Below are positions 19,442 through 29,598 of a DNA stretch of 64,000 bases, in pieces. The stretch spans positions 124,113-188,112 of the forward strand of contig CAWARA010000031.1 of assembly GCA_963784195.1 (NCBI GenBank), written 5' to 3'. The stretch is from an uncultured Acidobacteriota bacterium (GTDB lineage Bacteria > Acidobacteriota > Vicinamibacteria > Vicinamibacterales > 2-12-FULL-66-21). The position numbers and the translations under genes are program-made. The notes beneath the pieces were generated by a model. It was not told where the DNA came from. It made no database searches and worked only from the letters and a program-made list of their open reading frames with translations. The number at the start of each line of letters is the position of its first letter. Position 1 is the first letter of the stretch.

Positions 19442-19546
19442 CGTAGTTCGTGGGCCGTGGTTCGTGTCTCGCCGAACGACAGTTTGAATTGAAAGAGGTG
19501 CGTAGCCCGTCGACGAGACACGGACTACGAACCACGGACCACGGCA
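19442..19546. repeat. glyQ–glyS intergenic long imperfect inverted repeat made of GTTCGTG/CACGGAC units
   Basis: cgtagttcgtgggccgtggttcgtgtctcg ... cgagacacggactacgaaccacggaccacgg. Confidence 0.5.
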
Positions 19547-19571
19547 GGAACACCAGGCAGATCGTCAGAAC

Positions 19572-21767
19572 ATGGACCGTGAGTTACTAATCGAGATCGG
19601 CGTCGAAGAGCTGCCCGCGGCGTGGATGCCGCGGGTGACGCAGCAGCTGGCCGACCGGCTGGAAGCGCGGCTCAAGGAGTTTCGTATCGCGCCGGGGGCG
19701 CCGGTCGAAACCTTCAGCACGCCGCGCCGGCTGACCGCCCGCATCGCGCGGATCGCCGAGCGCCAGGAGGATCTGGACGAGACGATCACCGGCCCGCCGG
19801 TGTCGGCCGCTTTCGGCGGTGACGGTCAGCCAACGCCCGCGGCGCTCGGCTTTGCCAAGAAACAGAACGTGCCGTTCGACCAGCTGACGCGCGTCCAGAC
19901 TGGCAAAGGCGAGTATCTCGCGTATCACAAGCGTCATCGCGGGCGCAGTGCCGTCGACACCCTTCCCGACATTCTGGGCGTCGTGCTCCGCGACTTGCCG
20001 TTCCCCAAGCAGATGCACTGGGACGCCAAGCTCGACGATGGGCGGGGAGAGCTGTTGTTCGGACGGCCGATCAGGTGGCTGCTGTTCTTGTACGGTGGCC
20101 GCGTCGTGCCGTTCACAATCACGCGCATGCCCGGAGCCGCCAGCCCACTGGTCGCTGATGTCGAATCGGGCGCGTTGACGTATGGTCATCGGTTTCTCGC
20201 GACGAGCGGTCGAGCGGGGCGATCGATCAAGGTCAGGAGCTTCGAGGAATATCACGCGAAGCTTGCCGAGCATTTCGTCGTGCTCGATCACGCCGAGCGC
20301 CGCGACCGGATCGGGCGCGATCTCGAGATGCACGCCCGCCGCCTGGGCGGCCGGGTCTCGCTGAAGGATCACGGGTCGCTCATCGAGGAAGTTGCGGATC
20401 TCGTCGAGTATCCAGGCGTGGTGGCCGGGTTCTTCGACCGGGCGTTCCTCCAGCTTCCCGAAGAAGTGCTCTCCACGACGCTCGTTCACCACCAGCATTT
20501 CTTCCCGGTGGTCGACGAGAAGGGTGACCTCAAGGAAGCGTTCCTGGCCGTCGTCAACACGCAGCCCTCGGACGAGCGGCTCATTGCCAAAAACGCCGAA
20601 CGAGTGGTGGCGGCGCGTCTGAGGGATGCGACCTTCTTCTGGGAGTCGGATCGCCGGATCCCGCTGGAGACCCGTCTCGACCGCCTGCACACCGTGCAGT
20701 TCCACAAGAAGCTGGGGAGCTATGGCGACAAGGCCGGACGAATCGAGCGGCTCGCCGGGTGGATCGCCAGCGAGGTCCTCGGCCGTCCTGACGTCGCAGA
20801 GCGCGCCGCAATGGCCGCGAAGCTGGCGAAAGTCGACCTGGCTACGGAGATGGTGTTCGAGTTCCCCGAGCTGCAAGGCGCGATGGGCGGCATCTACGCG
20901 CGTGAAGAGGGTCAGCCGGAGGACGTGTGGAAGGCTGTCTACCATCACTATTTGCCGATCGCGGTCGAAACGGATGCTGCACCGTCGCGCGCACAGCTCG
21001 GTTCGGCAGCGGTCACGTGGGCGGCCGTGTCGTTGGCTGACAAGCTCGACACCATCGCCGGCCTGACCCGCGCCGGCGAACGCTCTACGGGATCGCGCGA
21101 TCCGTTCGGCCTTCGCCGGCAGATGCACGGCATCGTTCGTATCCTGATGGACCTCCCGGAGCTGACCGGGATCGATCGCGAGATCGGCGTGCGTGGACTG
21201 CTGATCGAAGCGGGACGCGCCTTCGACGGGTTCGGCCCGGATTGGGACGTCGACGCCGCCGTCGCGTTCGCTCAGGATCGGGTCCGGTATGCCCTCGAGC
21301 AGCGGGGGATTCCCGTCGAGGTCATGCGCGGCGCAACCGCGCACGCCGCCGATGCCGCTCCGCTTCGCGCGAGGCGAGTTGCCGCCGCGCTGCACGGCAT
21401 GCGCAGCTCGGAAGATTTTCAGGGCCTCGCCGTGCTCTTCAAACGCGTGAAGAACATCGCGCGGGAGCTCACGTCGCACGCCGCGCTCGATCGGTCTGCG
21501 TTGACCGAGCCGGCGGAAACAGGGTTGCTGGCCCAGCTCGAGTCGGCCAGGCCGCACATCGAGGCGGCGTTGCGCGCGGCCGACTATCGCAAAGCGTTGA
21601 CCGCGATCGCGGCGCTCAGGCCGGCGGTCGATCGGTTCTTCACGGACGTCTTCGTCATGGCTGACGACCCGCGGCTGAGAACCGCGCGGCTCACGCTCAT
21701 GGCCGACCTGCGCGATCTCATTCTCGAGCTCGCGGACATTTCGGAAATCGTTCCTCAGACGGAGTAG
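19572..21767 (+). CDS. glyS: Glycine--tRNA ligase beta subunit
   Basis: GlyS N-terminus (LLIEIGVEELPA...) and 731 aa length. Confidence 0.9.
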   Translation: MDRELLIEIGVEELPAAWMPRVTQQLADRLEARLKEFRIAPGAPVETFSTPRRLTARIARIAERQEDLDETITGPPVSAAFGGDGQPTPAALGFAKKQNVPFDQLTRVQTGKGEYLAYHKRHRGRSAVDTLPDILGVVLRDLPFPKQMHWDAKLDDGRGELLFGRPIRWLLFLYGGRVVPFTITRMPGAASPLVADVESGALTYGHRFLATSGRAGRSIKVRSFEEYHAKLAEHFVVLDHAERRDRIGRDLEMHARRLGGRVSLKDHGSLIEEVADLVEYPGVVAGFFDRAFLQLPEEVLSTTLVHHQHFFPVVDEKGDLKEAFLAVVNTQPSDERLIAKNAERVVAARLRDATFFWESDRRIPLETRLDRLHTVQFHKKLGSYGDKAGRIERLAGWIASEVLGRPDVAERAAMAAKLAKVDLATEMVFEFPELQGAMGGIYAREEGQPEDVWKAVYHHYLPIAVETDAAPSRAQLGSAAVTWAAVSLADKLDTIAGLTRAGERSTGSRDPFGLRRQMHGIVRILMDLPELTGIDREIGVRGLLIEAGRAFDGFGPDWDVDAAVAFAQDRVRYALEQRGIPVEVMRGATAHAADAAPLRARRVAAALHGMRSSEDFQGLAVLFKRVKNIARELTSHAALDRSALTEPAETGLLAQLESARPHIEAALRAADYRKALTAIAALRPAVDRFFTDVFVMADDPRLRTARLTLMADLRDLILELADISEIVPQTE

Positions 21768-21858
21768 ACGACAGCACAATGGCAAAGAAAGTTGTATCAA
21801 GAAGAGCGCACGCTCTGCGCCGAAGGGTCAAGCAAGGAAAGCGCGGTCATCGAAGTAC

Positions 21859-24555
21859 GTGTATTTCTTCGGCGGCGGCAAGGCCGATGGCAATCGCACG
21901 ATGAAGGAACTGCTCGGCGGCAAGGGCTCCGGTCTCGCCGAGATGACGAATGCGGGCCTGCCGGTGCCGCCCGGTTTCACGATTTCCACGGAAGCCTGCA
22001 CGCTCTATTACCGCGAGGGCCGGAAGGTGCCCGCCAGCGTCGACAAGCAGATGCTCGACAACCTCGCCAAGCTCGAGAAGGCGGCCGGTGCCTCGCTTGG
22101 CGACGTCAAGAATCCGCTGCTCGTGTCGGTCCGTTCCGGCGCCAAGTTCTCGATGCCCGGCATGATGGACACGATCCTCAACCTCGGGCTGAACGACAAG
22201 ACCGTCGAAGGGCTCAAGTCCCTCACGAGCAACGGCCGGTTTGCGTACGACAGCTACCGCCGCTTCATCCAGATGTTCGGCAACGTCGTGCTCGAGATTC
22301 CGAAGGACGTGTTCGAGAAGGAGTTCGAGGCCGTCAAAACGGAGCGGAAGGTTCACCTCGATACCGACCTCAACGAAGAGGCGCTGCGTGACGTCGTCAA
22401 GCGCTACAAGGGTGTCGTCCGCAAGAAGAGCGGCCGCGAATTTCCGCAGGATCCGCTCGAGCAGCTGCGCGGCGCGCGTGACGCGGTGTTTCGCTCGTGG
22501 AACAACGCCCGGGCGATCGAATACCGCCGGATCTACGAGATCCCCGATTCGATCGGCACCGCGGTCAACGTCCAGCTGATGGTGTTCGGCAACACCGGCG
22601 ATCGCTCGGCGACCGGCGTCGGGTTCACGCGAAACCCTGCGACCGGCGCGAAAGAGTTCTACGGCGAGTTCCTGGTCAACGCGCAGGGCGAGGACGTGGT
22701 GGCCGGCATCCGGACGCCACAGCCGATCAGCGAGCTCGAGAAGGTGATGCCGAAGGCGTACAAGCAGCTCCGCGACATCACGACGCGCCTCGAGAAGCAC
22801 TACAAGGACGTCCAGGACTTCGAGTTCACGATCCAGGACGATCGCCTGTTCATGCTGCAGACGCGCAACGGCAAGCGCACCGGCTACGCCGCCGTGGTCA
22901 TCGCGACGGATCTCGTGGATGAGAAGCTGATCACGCCAAAGGACGCCGTGCTGCAGGTCGATCCGGAATCCGTGTCGCAGCTGCTCGCGCCGGTTTTCGA
23001 ACCCAAGGCCTGGAAGGCGCTGCCGGTCGCGACGAAGGGATTGCCGGCGTCGCCGGGCGCGGCATCCGGCCAGGTGGTCTTTACGGCGGACGACGCGGTG
23101 GAGTGGACGCGTCAGGGAAAGAAGGTCATCCTGGTTCGCAGGGAGACCGTTCCTGACGACATCCACGGCATGTTCGTGGCCCAGGGGATTCTCACAGCGA
23201 CAGGCGGTATGACCTCCCACGCGGCCGTCGTCGGCCGCCAGATGGGCAAGCCTTCAATCGTCGGTGCCGGCGCGCTCGAGATCGAGGAGTCGGGCCGGCT
23301 GTTCCGCGTCAACGGCAAGACGGTCAAGGAAGGGGAACACGTCTCCTTCGATGGTCTGAGCGGCGAGGTCAAGATCGGCCAGGTGGCCACGACGCCGAGC
23401 GAGATCCTGAAGGTCGTCGCCGGCGAGATGAAGGCGAATCAGTCTCCGCTCTACCAGCGCTTCGAGAAGCTGCTGGCGTGGGCCGATAAGTTCCGCCGGC
23501 TCGGGATCAGAGCCAACGCGGACCAACCCGACCAGGCGGAGACGGCGTACGCGTTCGGCGCTCGCGGGATCGGCTTGTGCCGCACGGAGCACATGTTCTT
23601 CGGCGAGGGCCGTATTCCCATCGTGCAGCGCATGATCCTGGCGGACAACGAAGCCGATCGCCGCAAGGCGCTCGACGAGCTGCTGCCGCTCCAGCGCGGC
23701 GACTTCTACGGCGTGTTCAAGGCGATGCACGGCACGCCCGTCACCATCCGCACGATCGACCCGCCGCTCCATGAGTTCCTGCCGAAGCGCGAGGAGCTGA
23801 TGGTCGAGGTCGCGACGATGGAGACGAAAGGGGAGACGGGACGCGAACTGGACGAGAAGCGGGCGCTGCTGCGGCGCGTCGAGGCGCTGCACGAGTTCAA
23901 TCCCATGCTCGGGCACCGCGGCGTCCGGCTTGGTATCACGTACCCCGAGATCACCGAGATGCAGACGCGAGCGATCATCGAAGCGGCCTGCCAGCTCGCC
24001 AAGGAAGGCGTCAAGGTCGTTCCCGAGATCATGATCCCGCTGGTCGGCCACGTGAAGGAGTTGCGCGACCAGAAGGCCGTCGTCGTCCGCGTGGCAGACG
24101 CGGTGATGAAGGAGCAGGGCGTCAAGGTGAAATACCTCGTTGGCACGATGATCGAGGTGCCGCGGGGTTCGGTGACCGCCGACGAGATCGCCCTGGAAGC
24201 GGAGTTCTTCTCGTTCGGCACGAACGATCTGACACAGCTCACGTTCGGCTTCTCGCGCGACGACATCGGCAAGTTCCTCTCGTTCTACCAGGACAAGAAG
24301 ATTCTCGACAAGGATCCCTTCGCGACCATCGACACGATAGGCGTCGGGCAGCTCGTCTCGATGGGCGTGCAGAAGGGCCGCTCGGCGCGCCCCGATCTCA
24401 AGGTCGGCATCTGCGGCGAGCATGGCGGCGATCCGTCATCGATCCATTTCTTCGAGAAGGTGGGGCTCGATTACGTGAGTGCCTCGCCCTATAGAATTCC
24501 TGTCGCGCGGCTGGCGGCGGCACAGGCCGCACTGCAGGTGAAGGTCGGGGATTGA
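21859..24555 (+). CDS. ppdK: Pyruvate, phosphate dikinase
   Basis: KYVYFFGGGKADGN...LGGKGSGLAEM, MPGMMDTILNLGLND, a phospho-His domain (GGMTSHAAVVGRQMG), and a PEP-utilising C-terminal domain. GTG 21859 is the only canonical start in the upstream frame. Confidence 0.9.
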   Translation: MYFFGGGKADGNRTMKELLGGKGSGLAEMTNAGLPVPPGFTISTEACTLYYREGRKVPASVDKQMLDNLAKLEKAAGASLGDVKNPLLVSVRSGAKFSMPGMMDTILNLGLNDKTVEGLKSLTSNGRFAYDSYRRFIQMFGNVVLEIPKDVFEKEFEAVKTERKVHLDTDLNEEALRDVVKRYKGVVRKKSGREFPQDPLEQLRGARDAVFRSWNNARAIEYRRIYEIPDSIGTAVNVQLMVFGNTGDRSATGVGFTRNPATGAKEFYGEFLVNAQGEDVVAGIRTPQPISELEKVMPKAYKQLRDITTRLEKHYKDVQDFEFTIQDDRLFMLQTRNGKRTGYAAVVIATDLVDEKLITPKDAVLQVDPESVSQLLAPVFEPKAWKALPVATKGLPASPGAASGQVVFTADDAVEWTRQGKKVILVRRETVPDDIHGMFVAQGILTATGGMTSHAAVVGRQMGKPSIVGAGALEIEESGRLFRVNGKTVKEGEHVSFDGLSGEVKIGQVATTPSEILKVVAGEMKANQSPLYQRFEKLLAWADKFRRLGIRANADQPDQAETAYAFGARGIGLCRTEHMFFGEGRIPIVQRMILADNEADRRKALDELLPLQRGDFYGVFKAMHGTPVTIRTIDPPLHEFLPKREELMVEVATMETKGETGRELDEKRALLRRVEALHEFNPMLGHRGVRLGITYPEITEMQTRAIIEAACQLAKEGVKVVPEIMIPLVGHVKELRDQKAVVVRVADAVMKEQGVKVKYLVGTMIEVPRGSVTADEIALEAEFFSFGTNDLTQLTFGFSRDDIGKFLSFYQDKKILDKDPFATIDTIGVGQLVSMGVQKGRSARPDLKVGICGEHGGDPSSIHFFEKVGLDYVSASPYRIPVARLAAAQAALQVKVGD

Positions 24556-25519
24556 TTACGATCTACGCTCACGAGAACGGTTCCACCCGGCTGGTCGATC
24601 GGGTGGAACCGGACTGGCTCCGCCATGACAGCGGGGTGTGGGTGTGGGTGGACATCATCAACCCCGATCCGGGTGAAGTGCGGATCCTGACCGACGTATT
24701 CAAGTTCCACGAGCTGGCGATCGAGGATGCGATCGCCGAGATTCACCATCCGAAAATCGAGTCCTACGGCGACTACTTGTACGTCATCCTCCACGGCATC
24801 GATTTCAAGGCGCGCGAGCACGCCTTCCACACGCAGGACGTCGATTTCTTCCTCAGCGACCGCTACCTGGTCACCGTTCATCCGGGCATCTCGCGATCGA
24901 TCGGCAAGGTGGGAGACATCTGCACGCGGAACAGCCGGGTCCTCGGGGAGGGCCCGGCGGCGCTGATGCACCGCATCATCGACACGATGGTGGATAACTA
25001 TCGCCCGGAGGTCGAGAAGCTGCAGGAGCGGCTGGACGAGCTGGAAAAGGAGGTCTTCGGACGCGCTCGCGCGAACCTGGCCCGCCGCATCATCGATTTC
25101 AAGCGGGACGTTGCGTCCCTCCGCCGCGTCGTCCTGCCGGAGCGCGATGTCGTCGGACGTCTCGCACGACGCGAGTTCCCGATCATTTCCGAGTCGCTCG
25201 CGTACCGATACCGGGACGTCTACGACCATCTGGTCCGGCTTGACCGACGAGTCGGTTTTTCTTCAGGACCGCATCTCCAGCCTTCTCGAGGCGCACCTGT
25301 CGGCGGTGTCGAACCAGCTCAACAGCGTCATGAAGGTGCTGACGGTGATCGCGACCATCTTCATGCCGCTGACCGTGCTGACTGGGATGTACGGCATGAA
25401 CGTCCCGCTGCCGCACTTGCCTGGCGGCGAGAACCTGCAGTTCTGGTGGATCGTGTTCGATCATGCTCGCGATCAGCGGCGTGATGCTTTACATGTTCCG
25501 ACGCCGGGGGTGGTTGTGA
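24552..25519 (+). pseudogene. corA: CorA-family Mg2+/Co2+ transporter disrupted by two apparent +1 frameshifts
   Basis: The N-terminus is in frame 0 up to '...VYDHLVRL'. The middle, including the GMN motif, is in frame 1 ('TDESVFLQDRISSLLEAHLSAVSNQLNSVMKVLTVIATIFMPLTVLTGMYGMN'). The C-terminal TM and tail are in frame 2 ('IMLAISGVMLYMFRRRGWL*', stop 25517-25519). Confidence 0.7.
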
Positions 25520-27297
25520 CCTCACGCATCCGCCGGTTGCCGCTGCAGCTCGCGAACCAGATCGCGGCGGGCGAGGTCGTTGAGCGGCCGGCGTCTGTCG
25601 TCAAGGAGCTCGTCGAGAACGCGCTCGACGCGAACGCCCGCCGCATCGCCGTCACCATCGAGCTCGGTGGCAAGAAGCTGATTCGCGTGGAAGACGACGG
25701 CGACGGGATGGTGCCGGAGGACGCGCGCCTGGCGATGGAACGGCACGCGACCAGCAAGATCGCCAGCCCGGAGGATCTCGGCGCGATCCGCACGCTCGGC
25801 TTCCGCGGAGAGGCGCTGCCGAGCATCGCGTCCGTCTCGCATTTCGTCCTGCGAAGCCGGGCGCGAGGGCAGGCGACCGGCACTGAGATTCGCGTCAACG
25901 GCGGCACGGTCGCGTCCGATCGCGAAGTCGGTGCGCCCGAAGGCACCTCTGTCGAAGTCGCCGATCTGTTCTACAACCTCCCCGCGCGCCGGAAGTTCCT
26001 CAAGTCGGACGCGGCCGAAGCAGGCCAGATCTCCAGGCTGATGACGCAAATCGCGCTGGGCTACCCGGAGGTGGGCTTCACCGTGACCAGCGGCGGCCGG
26101 CGGCTCCTCGAGTGTCCGCCGTCAGCCGGATTGAAGGAGCGGTTCTTTCAGCTGTTCGGCGAACGGTTCGACCTGGTGGAGTTGCGGAAGGAGGCCGCCG
26201 GGCTGAGCATCCTCGGCTACGTCGCCGTCCTTGGCGATCAGGGCCCTGTCCGTGGTCCCCAGAACGTCTTCGTCAACCGGCGCATCGTCAAGGACCGGAC
26301 CATCGCGCACGCGATCTCCGAGGCCTACAGCGTCGCGACGATCAAGGAACGGTCGCCGGAGGTTCACCTGTTCATCGACATTCCTCCGGACCGCGTCGAC
26401 GTGAACGTGCATCCGACCAAGGCCGAGGTCCGGTTTCTCGAGCAGTCGCTCGTTCACGAGGTCCTGCGCCGCGGCCTCGCTGATGCGCTCGGTCAGGGCA
26501 GGGCGCCTGAACTCTTCCTGACACCGGTTTCTCCCGATCCCGACGAGCCTCGACCGATGAGCATTCCGGGTGTCCTCGCCGGGGCGCAGATCGGCAGCCG
26601 GTGGACGCCGGCGCACGACGCCGTGCTTCGTTCCATGGGGTCGGGCTCAGCCGCCGCGGTTCAGGATGCTGCGCCTGTCGGCGCGATAGCCGGCGGCCAG
26701 GCGATCTCGCCAGCCGACATCCGGCCGATGATTCCACTCGGGCAGTTCCGCGACACGTTCATCATTGCCGTGGACGACGAGGGGGTCGCGATCATCGATC
26801 AGCACGTGGCCCACGAGCGGGTGCTGTTCGAGCAGGTCATGGAGAAGCTGACTGCGGGCCGTCTCGAGAGCCAGCGCTTGTTGGCGCCGATGCTGATCGA
26901 GCTGTCGCCCACCCAGCGGCAGGCCGTCGGGCAACACGCGGCGACGCTCGACCGTTTCGGCCTCGAGATCGAGGAGTTTGGCGGCGACAGCCTCAGGCTC
27001 AGCGCCGTTCCGGCCCTGTTGCAGCCGGCGGAATGCGAGGCGGCGATTCGCGCCCTCGCGGAGGACCTGGAAGGGCTGGATCGCGGGTCGCGTGTCGAGG
27101 ATGCGCTGCGGAAGATAGCCGCCACGATGGCCTGTCACGCGGCCGTGAAGGCGAACTATCCGCTCACGCTGGAGAAGATGCGCTACCTCCTCGAAGAGCT
27201 GCGGCGGACCGCCTACTCGAGCGTGTGCCCGCACGGCCGTCCCGTGGTGCTGCGGCTGTCGCGACGGGAGATCGAAAAGAACTTTCAGAGGATCTGA
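25516..27297 (+). CDS. mutL: DNA mismatch repair protein MutL
   Basis: LPLQLANQIAAGEVVERPASVVKELVENALDA (GHKL ATPase) and a C-terminal dimerisation domain. GTG 25516 overlaps the corA stop (GTGA). Confidence 0.85.
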   Translation: MTSRIRRLPLQLANQIAAGEVVERPASVVKELVENALDANARRIAVTIELGGKKLIRVEDDGDGMVPEDARLAMERHATSKIASPEDLGAIRTLGFRGEALPSIASVSHFVLRSRARGQATGTEIRVNGGTVASDREVGAPEGTSVEVADLFYNLPARRKFLKSDAAEAGQISRLMTQIALGYPEVGFTVTSGGRRLLECPPSAGLKERFFQLFGERFDLVELRKEAAGLSILGYVAVLGDQGPVRGPQNVFVNRRIVKDRTIAHAISEAYSVATIKERSPEVHLFIDIPPDRVDVNVHPTKAEVRFLEQSLVHEVLRRGLADALGQGRAPELFLTPVSPDPDEPRPMSIPGVLAGAQIGSRWTPAHDAVLRSMGSGSAAAVQDAAPVGAIAGGQAISPADIRPMIPLGQFRDTFIIAVDDEGVAIIDQHVAHERVLFEQVMEKLTAGRLESQRLLAPMLIELSPTQRQAVGQHAATLDRFGLEIEEFGGDSLRLSAVPALLQPAECEAAIRALAEDLEGLDRGSRVEDALRKIAATMACHAAVKANYPLTLEKMRYLLEELRRTAYSSVCPHGRPVVLRLSRREIEKNFQRI

Positions 27298-27396
27298 CGG
27301 GGCGCGTGCGGTTTCTGACGCACAAGAAAGGCGCAACGCGGTAATCTCTACGGGAGCAAAACGCCGAGTCCGTGTATTCCAAACAAAGGAGTGTCG

Positions 27397-27678
27397 ATGG
27401 CTAAGACTGCAAAGAAGACGAAGGCCCGGAAACCGAACGCTGCATTCATGAAGCCCGTGCAGCCCAGCGCGGCGTTGTCGGAGGTCGTCGGGTCGAAGCC
27501 AATCCCGCGCACCGAGGTCACCAAGAAGCTGTGGGTCTACATCAAGAAGAACAAGCTTCAGGACCCGAAGAACAAGCGGATGATCAAGGCGGACGCGACC
27601 TTGAAGGCGGTGTTCGGCGGGAAGGCCACGGTCAACATGTTCGAGATGACCAAGCTGGTTGGGAAGCACCTGAAATAG
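27397..27678 (+). CDS. SWIB/MDM2 domain protein
   Basis: A 93-aa basic protein (KKLWVYIKKNKLQDPKNKRMIKADATLKAVFGG). AAGGAG Shine-Dalgarno 9 nt upstream of the ATG. Confidence 0.7.
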   Translation: MAKTAKKTKARKPNAAFMKPVQPSAALSEVVGSKPIPRTEVTKKLWVYIKKNKLQDPKNKRMIKADATLKAVFGGKATVNMFEMTKLVGKHLK

Positions 27679-27736
27679 CACACCCCGGTGCCCGGCGGCA
27701 GCGATGGCGTAATCATCCGAGGCGAGTTGCAGTTGC

Positions 27737-28225
27737 ATGAGCGCAATCGGTAGCTATGTCGTTGTCCGCCGGAGCCATTGGCCTGACTGCATGGCCAGCG
27801 CCCGGCAAATCCGGTCCGAAACGACCGGCAAATGGATGTTCAGGAGCACGCGGGTCGTGGGCCTGGACGAATTCAAAGCGTCGTGGCGGACCGCCGCGGT
27901 CCGTGACGTGCCGTTCGATCACTCAGGTTACGTGCTCGGGAACTACCTGGACGCCCAGGACGCTCTCAACCACGTCCAGATCTTCGACGAGCAGTCAGAT
28001 GACGCCACGGCGCTCGCGAAGGCCTTCACGGCGGCGTTTCCCTTCGAACAGCCGGTCGCCCTGCCGGACCTCGCGCCGGCGCCGCTCGCGGCGTTCTGCC
28101 GTGAGGAATACGGGGATGAGGATGCGGCAGGCATGGCGGACGCGATTCAGGCGGCGCATCGCTTCTATCAACTTGGCTTTGCCGAGATCACCGCCGAACA
28201 TCTGGTCGTCTTCCTGATTGAATGA
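27737..28225 (+). CDS. Hypothetical protein
   Basis: A 162-codon ORF with coding-like composition and no recognised domain. The start is uncertain (ATG 27737 or 27791). Confidence 0.4.
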   Translation: MSAIGSYVVVRRSHWPDCMASARQIRSETTGKWMFRSTRVVGLDEFKASWRTAAVRDVPFDHSGYVLGNYLDAQDALNHVQIFDEQSDDATALAKAFTAAFPFEQPVALPDLAPAPLAAFCREEYGDEDAAGMADAIQAAHRFYQLGFAEITAEHLVVFLIE

Positions 28226-28261
28226 CGTGGTTTCCCCAGCGGGCAAAGTGCGGAGGTTTGA

Positions 28262-28771
28262 ATGAAGCGAGTCTGCCTGGCAGTCACGTGCGCGTGGTTG
28301 TGCTGGAACGTTGCCACGATGACCTTTGCCATCCGACACGAGTCTCGCGATGGGAAAGAGGAGGCGGTAGTGGCCACGCGCGCGAGCGGCACGTTCGACG
28401 TCAAGCTGGCTCCTCTGGCCAGCGAGGACCTCAAGGACGGAGCCTCTCTTGGAAGGATGTCGATCGACAAGCAGTTCCAGGGTGATCTGGAAGGCACGTC
28501 CAAGGGCGAGATGCTGACCGCCGGCACGCCTGTGAAGGACTCCGCCGGCTACGTCGCCATCGAACGGGTGACCGGCAAGCTGCAAGGGCGCAGCGGATCC
28601 TTCGCGCTGCAGCACAGCGGCACGATGAACCGCGGCGCGCCGCACCTGACCATCAGCGTCGTGCCGGACTCGGGCACCGGAGAGCTGAAGGGCATTGGCG
28701 GCACGATGATGATCAGGATCCTGGGAGGCAAGCACTTCTACGACCTCGACTACACCATCGACTCGAAGTGA
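28262..28771 (+). CDS. DUF3224 domain protein (secreted paralog of 655..1053)
   Basis: A GGAGG Shine-Dalgarno precedes the ATG. It has a signal peptide followed by the DUF3224 core (TFDVKLAP...KQFQGDLEGTSKGEMLTAG...GYVAIERVTGKLQGRSGSFALQHSG). Confidence 0.7.
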   Translation: MKRVCLAVTCAWLCWNVATMTFAIRHESRDGKEEAVVATRASGTFDVKLAPLASEDLKDGASLGRMSIDKQFQGDLEGTSKGEMLTAGTPVKDSAGYVAIERVTGKLQGRSGSFALQHSGTMNRGAPHLTISVVPDSGTGELKGIGGTMMIRILGGKHFYDLDYTIDSK

Positions 28772-28796
28772 CCAGGGCGGCGACCGCCATCGGCAC

Positions 28797-29598
28797 ATGA
28801 AATCGACGTGGGAGCAGTTCGCACAAGCGCTGATCGCCAGGTTCGGCGGCGTTCCAAAACGCCTGGAGCGTCAACGAAAGGCCACCCTGGCGACGCCGTT
28901 CCCAGGGACCGTGGGCCGACATCCTCCGCCGGCGCTCGCAGCATTACCGGCGTGTGCCGCCAACCTATCGCCAGAGTTTCGAGCAGCACATCCAGATCTT
29001 CATGGCGGAGAAGCGAATCACAGCTGTCGATCTCGATCTGACCGACGAGACGCGGCTGCTGGTCGCCGCGTCGGCCGCGTCGCTGACGGCAGGATGGCCG
29101 GACTATACGTGGGACCAGCTGTCGGAAGTGATCGTCTACCCGCAGGACTTCGATCGCGACTACAGCTTCGATCGAGCGCACGTATCCGGCCTCGCGCATC
29201 AGTGGGGCGTCGTGATTCTCTCGTTGCCGGCGCTGAACCGCAGCTTCGACGAATCGTCCGACGGCTGCCACGTGGGTTTTCACGAGTTCGCGCACCTGCT
29301 GGACCTCGCGGGCACCCGCTTCGATGGCATTCCGTCGTATCTGGACGACGACTCAATCCGGCGCTGGGTGGGGCTGCTCGAGCAGGAGGCGGACAGGCTC
29401 GAACGCGGCGATTCCATCCTCGATCCGTATGCGTTGTCGGGACCGATCGAGCTCTTCGCGGTCGCGGTGGAAGCGTTCTTCGAGACACCGATCGCAATAG
29501 CCGATCACCACGCGGACCTGTACGCGTTTCTTGCCGTGGTACTTTTGTCAGGACCCGGCGGTGTGGAGTCGCGACACCCATGGCTAGCGAGAAGGTGA
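28797..29598 (+). pseudogene. mtfA: MtfA-like zinc-dependent peptidase (M90 family, HEFAH motif) with an apparent +1 frameshift near 28905-28915
   Basis: The N-terminus is in frame 0 (MKSTWEQFAQALIARFGGVPKRLERQRKATLATPFPGT). It continues in frame 1 (WADILRRRSQHYRRVPPTYRQSFEQHIQIFMAEKRITAVDLDLTDETR...HEFAHLLD...). An extra G in 'ccgtGggcc' reconciles the frames. Confidence 0.7.

Noticed and set aside
19587-24423. Long antisense ORFs opposite glyS and ppdK (737, 457 and 389 aa)
   Set aside because: High-GC antisense frames. The sense strand encodes textbook GlyS and PPDK.
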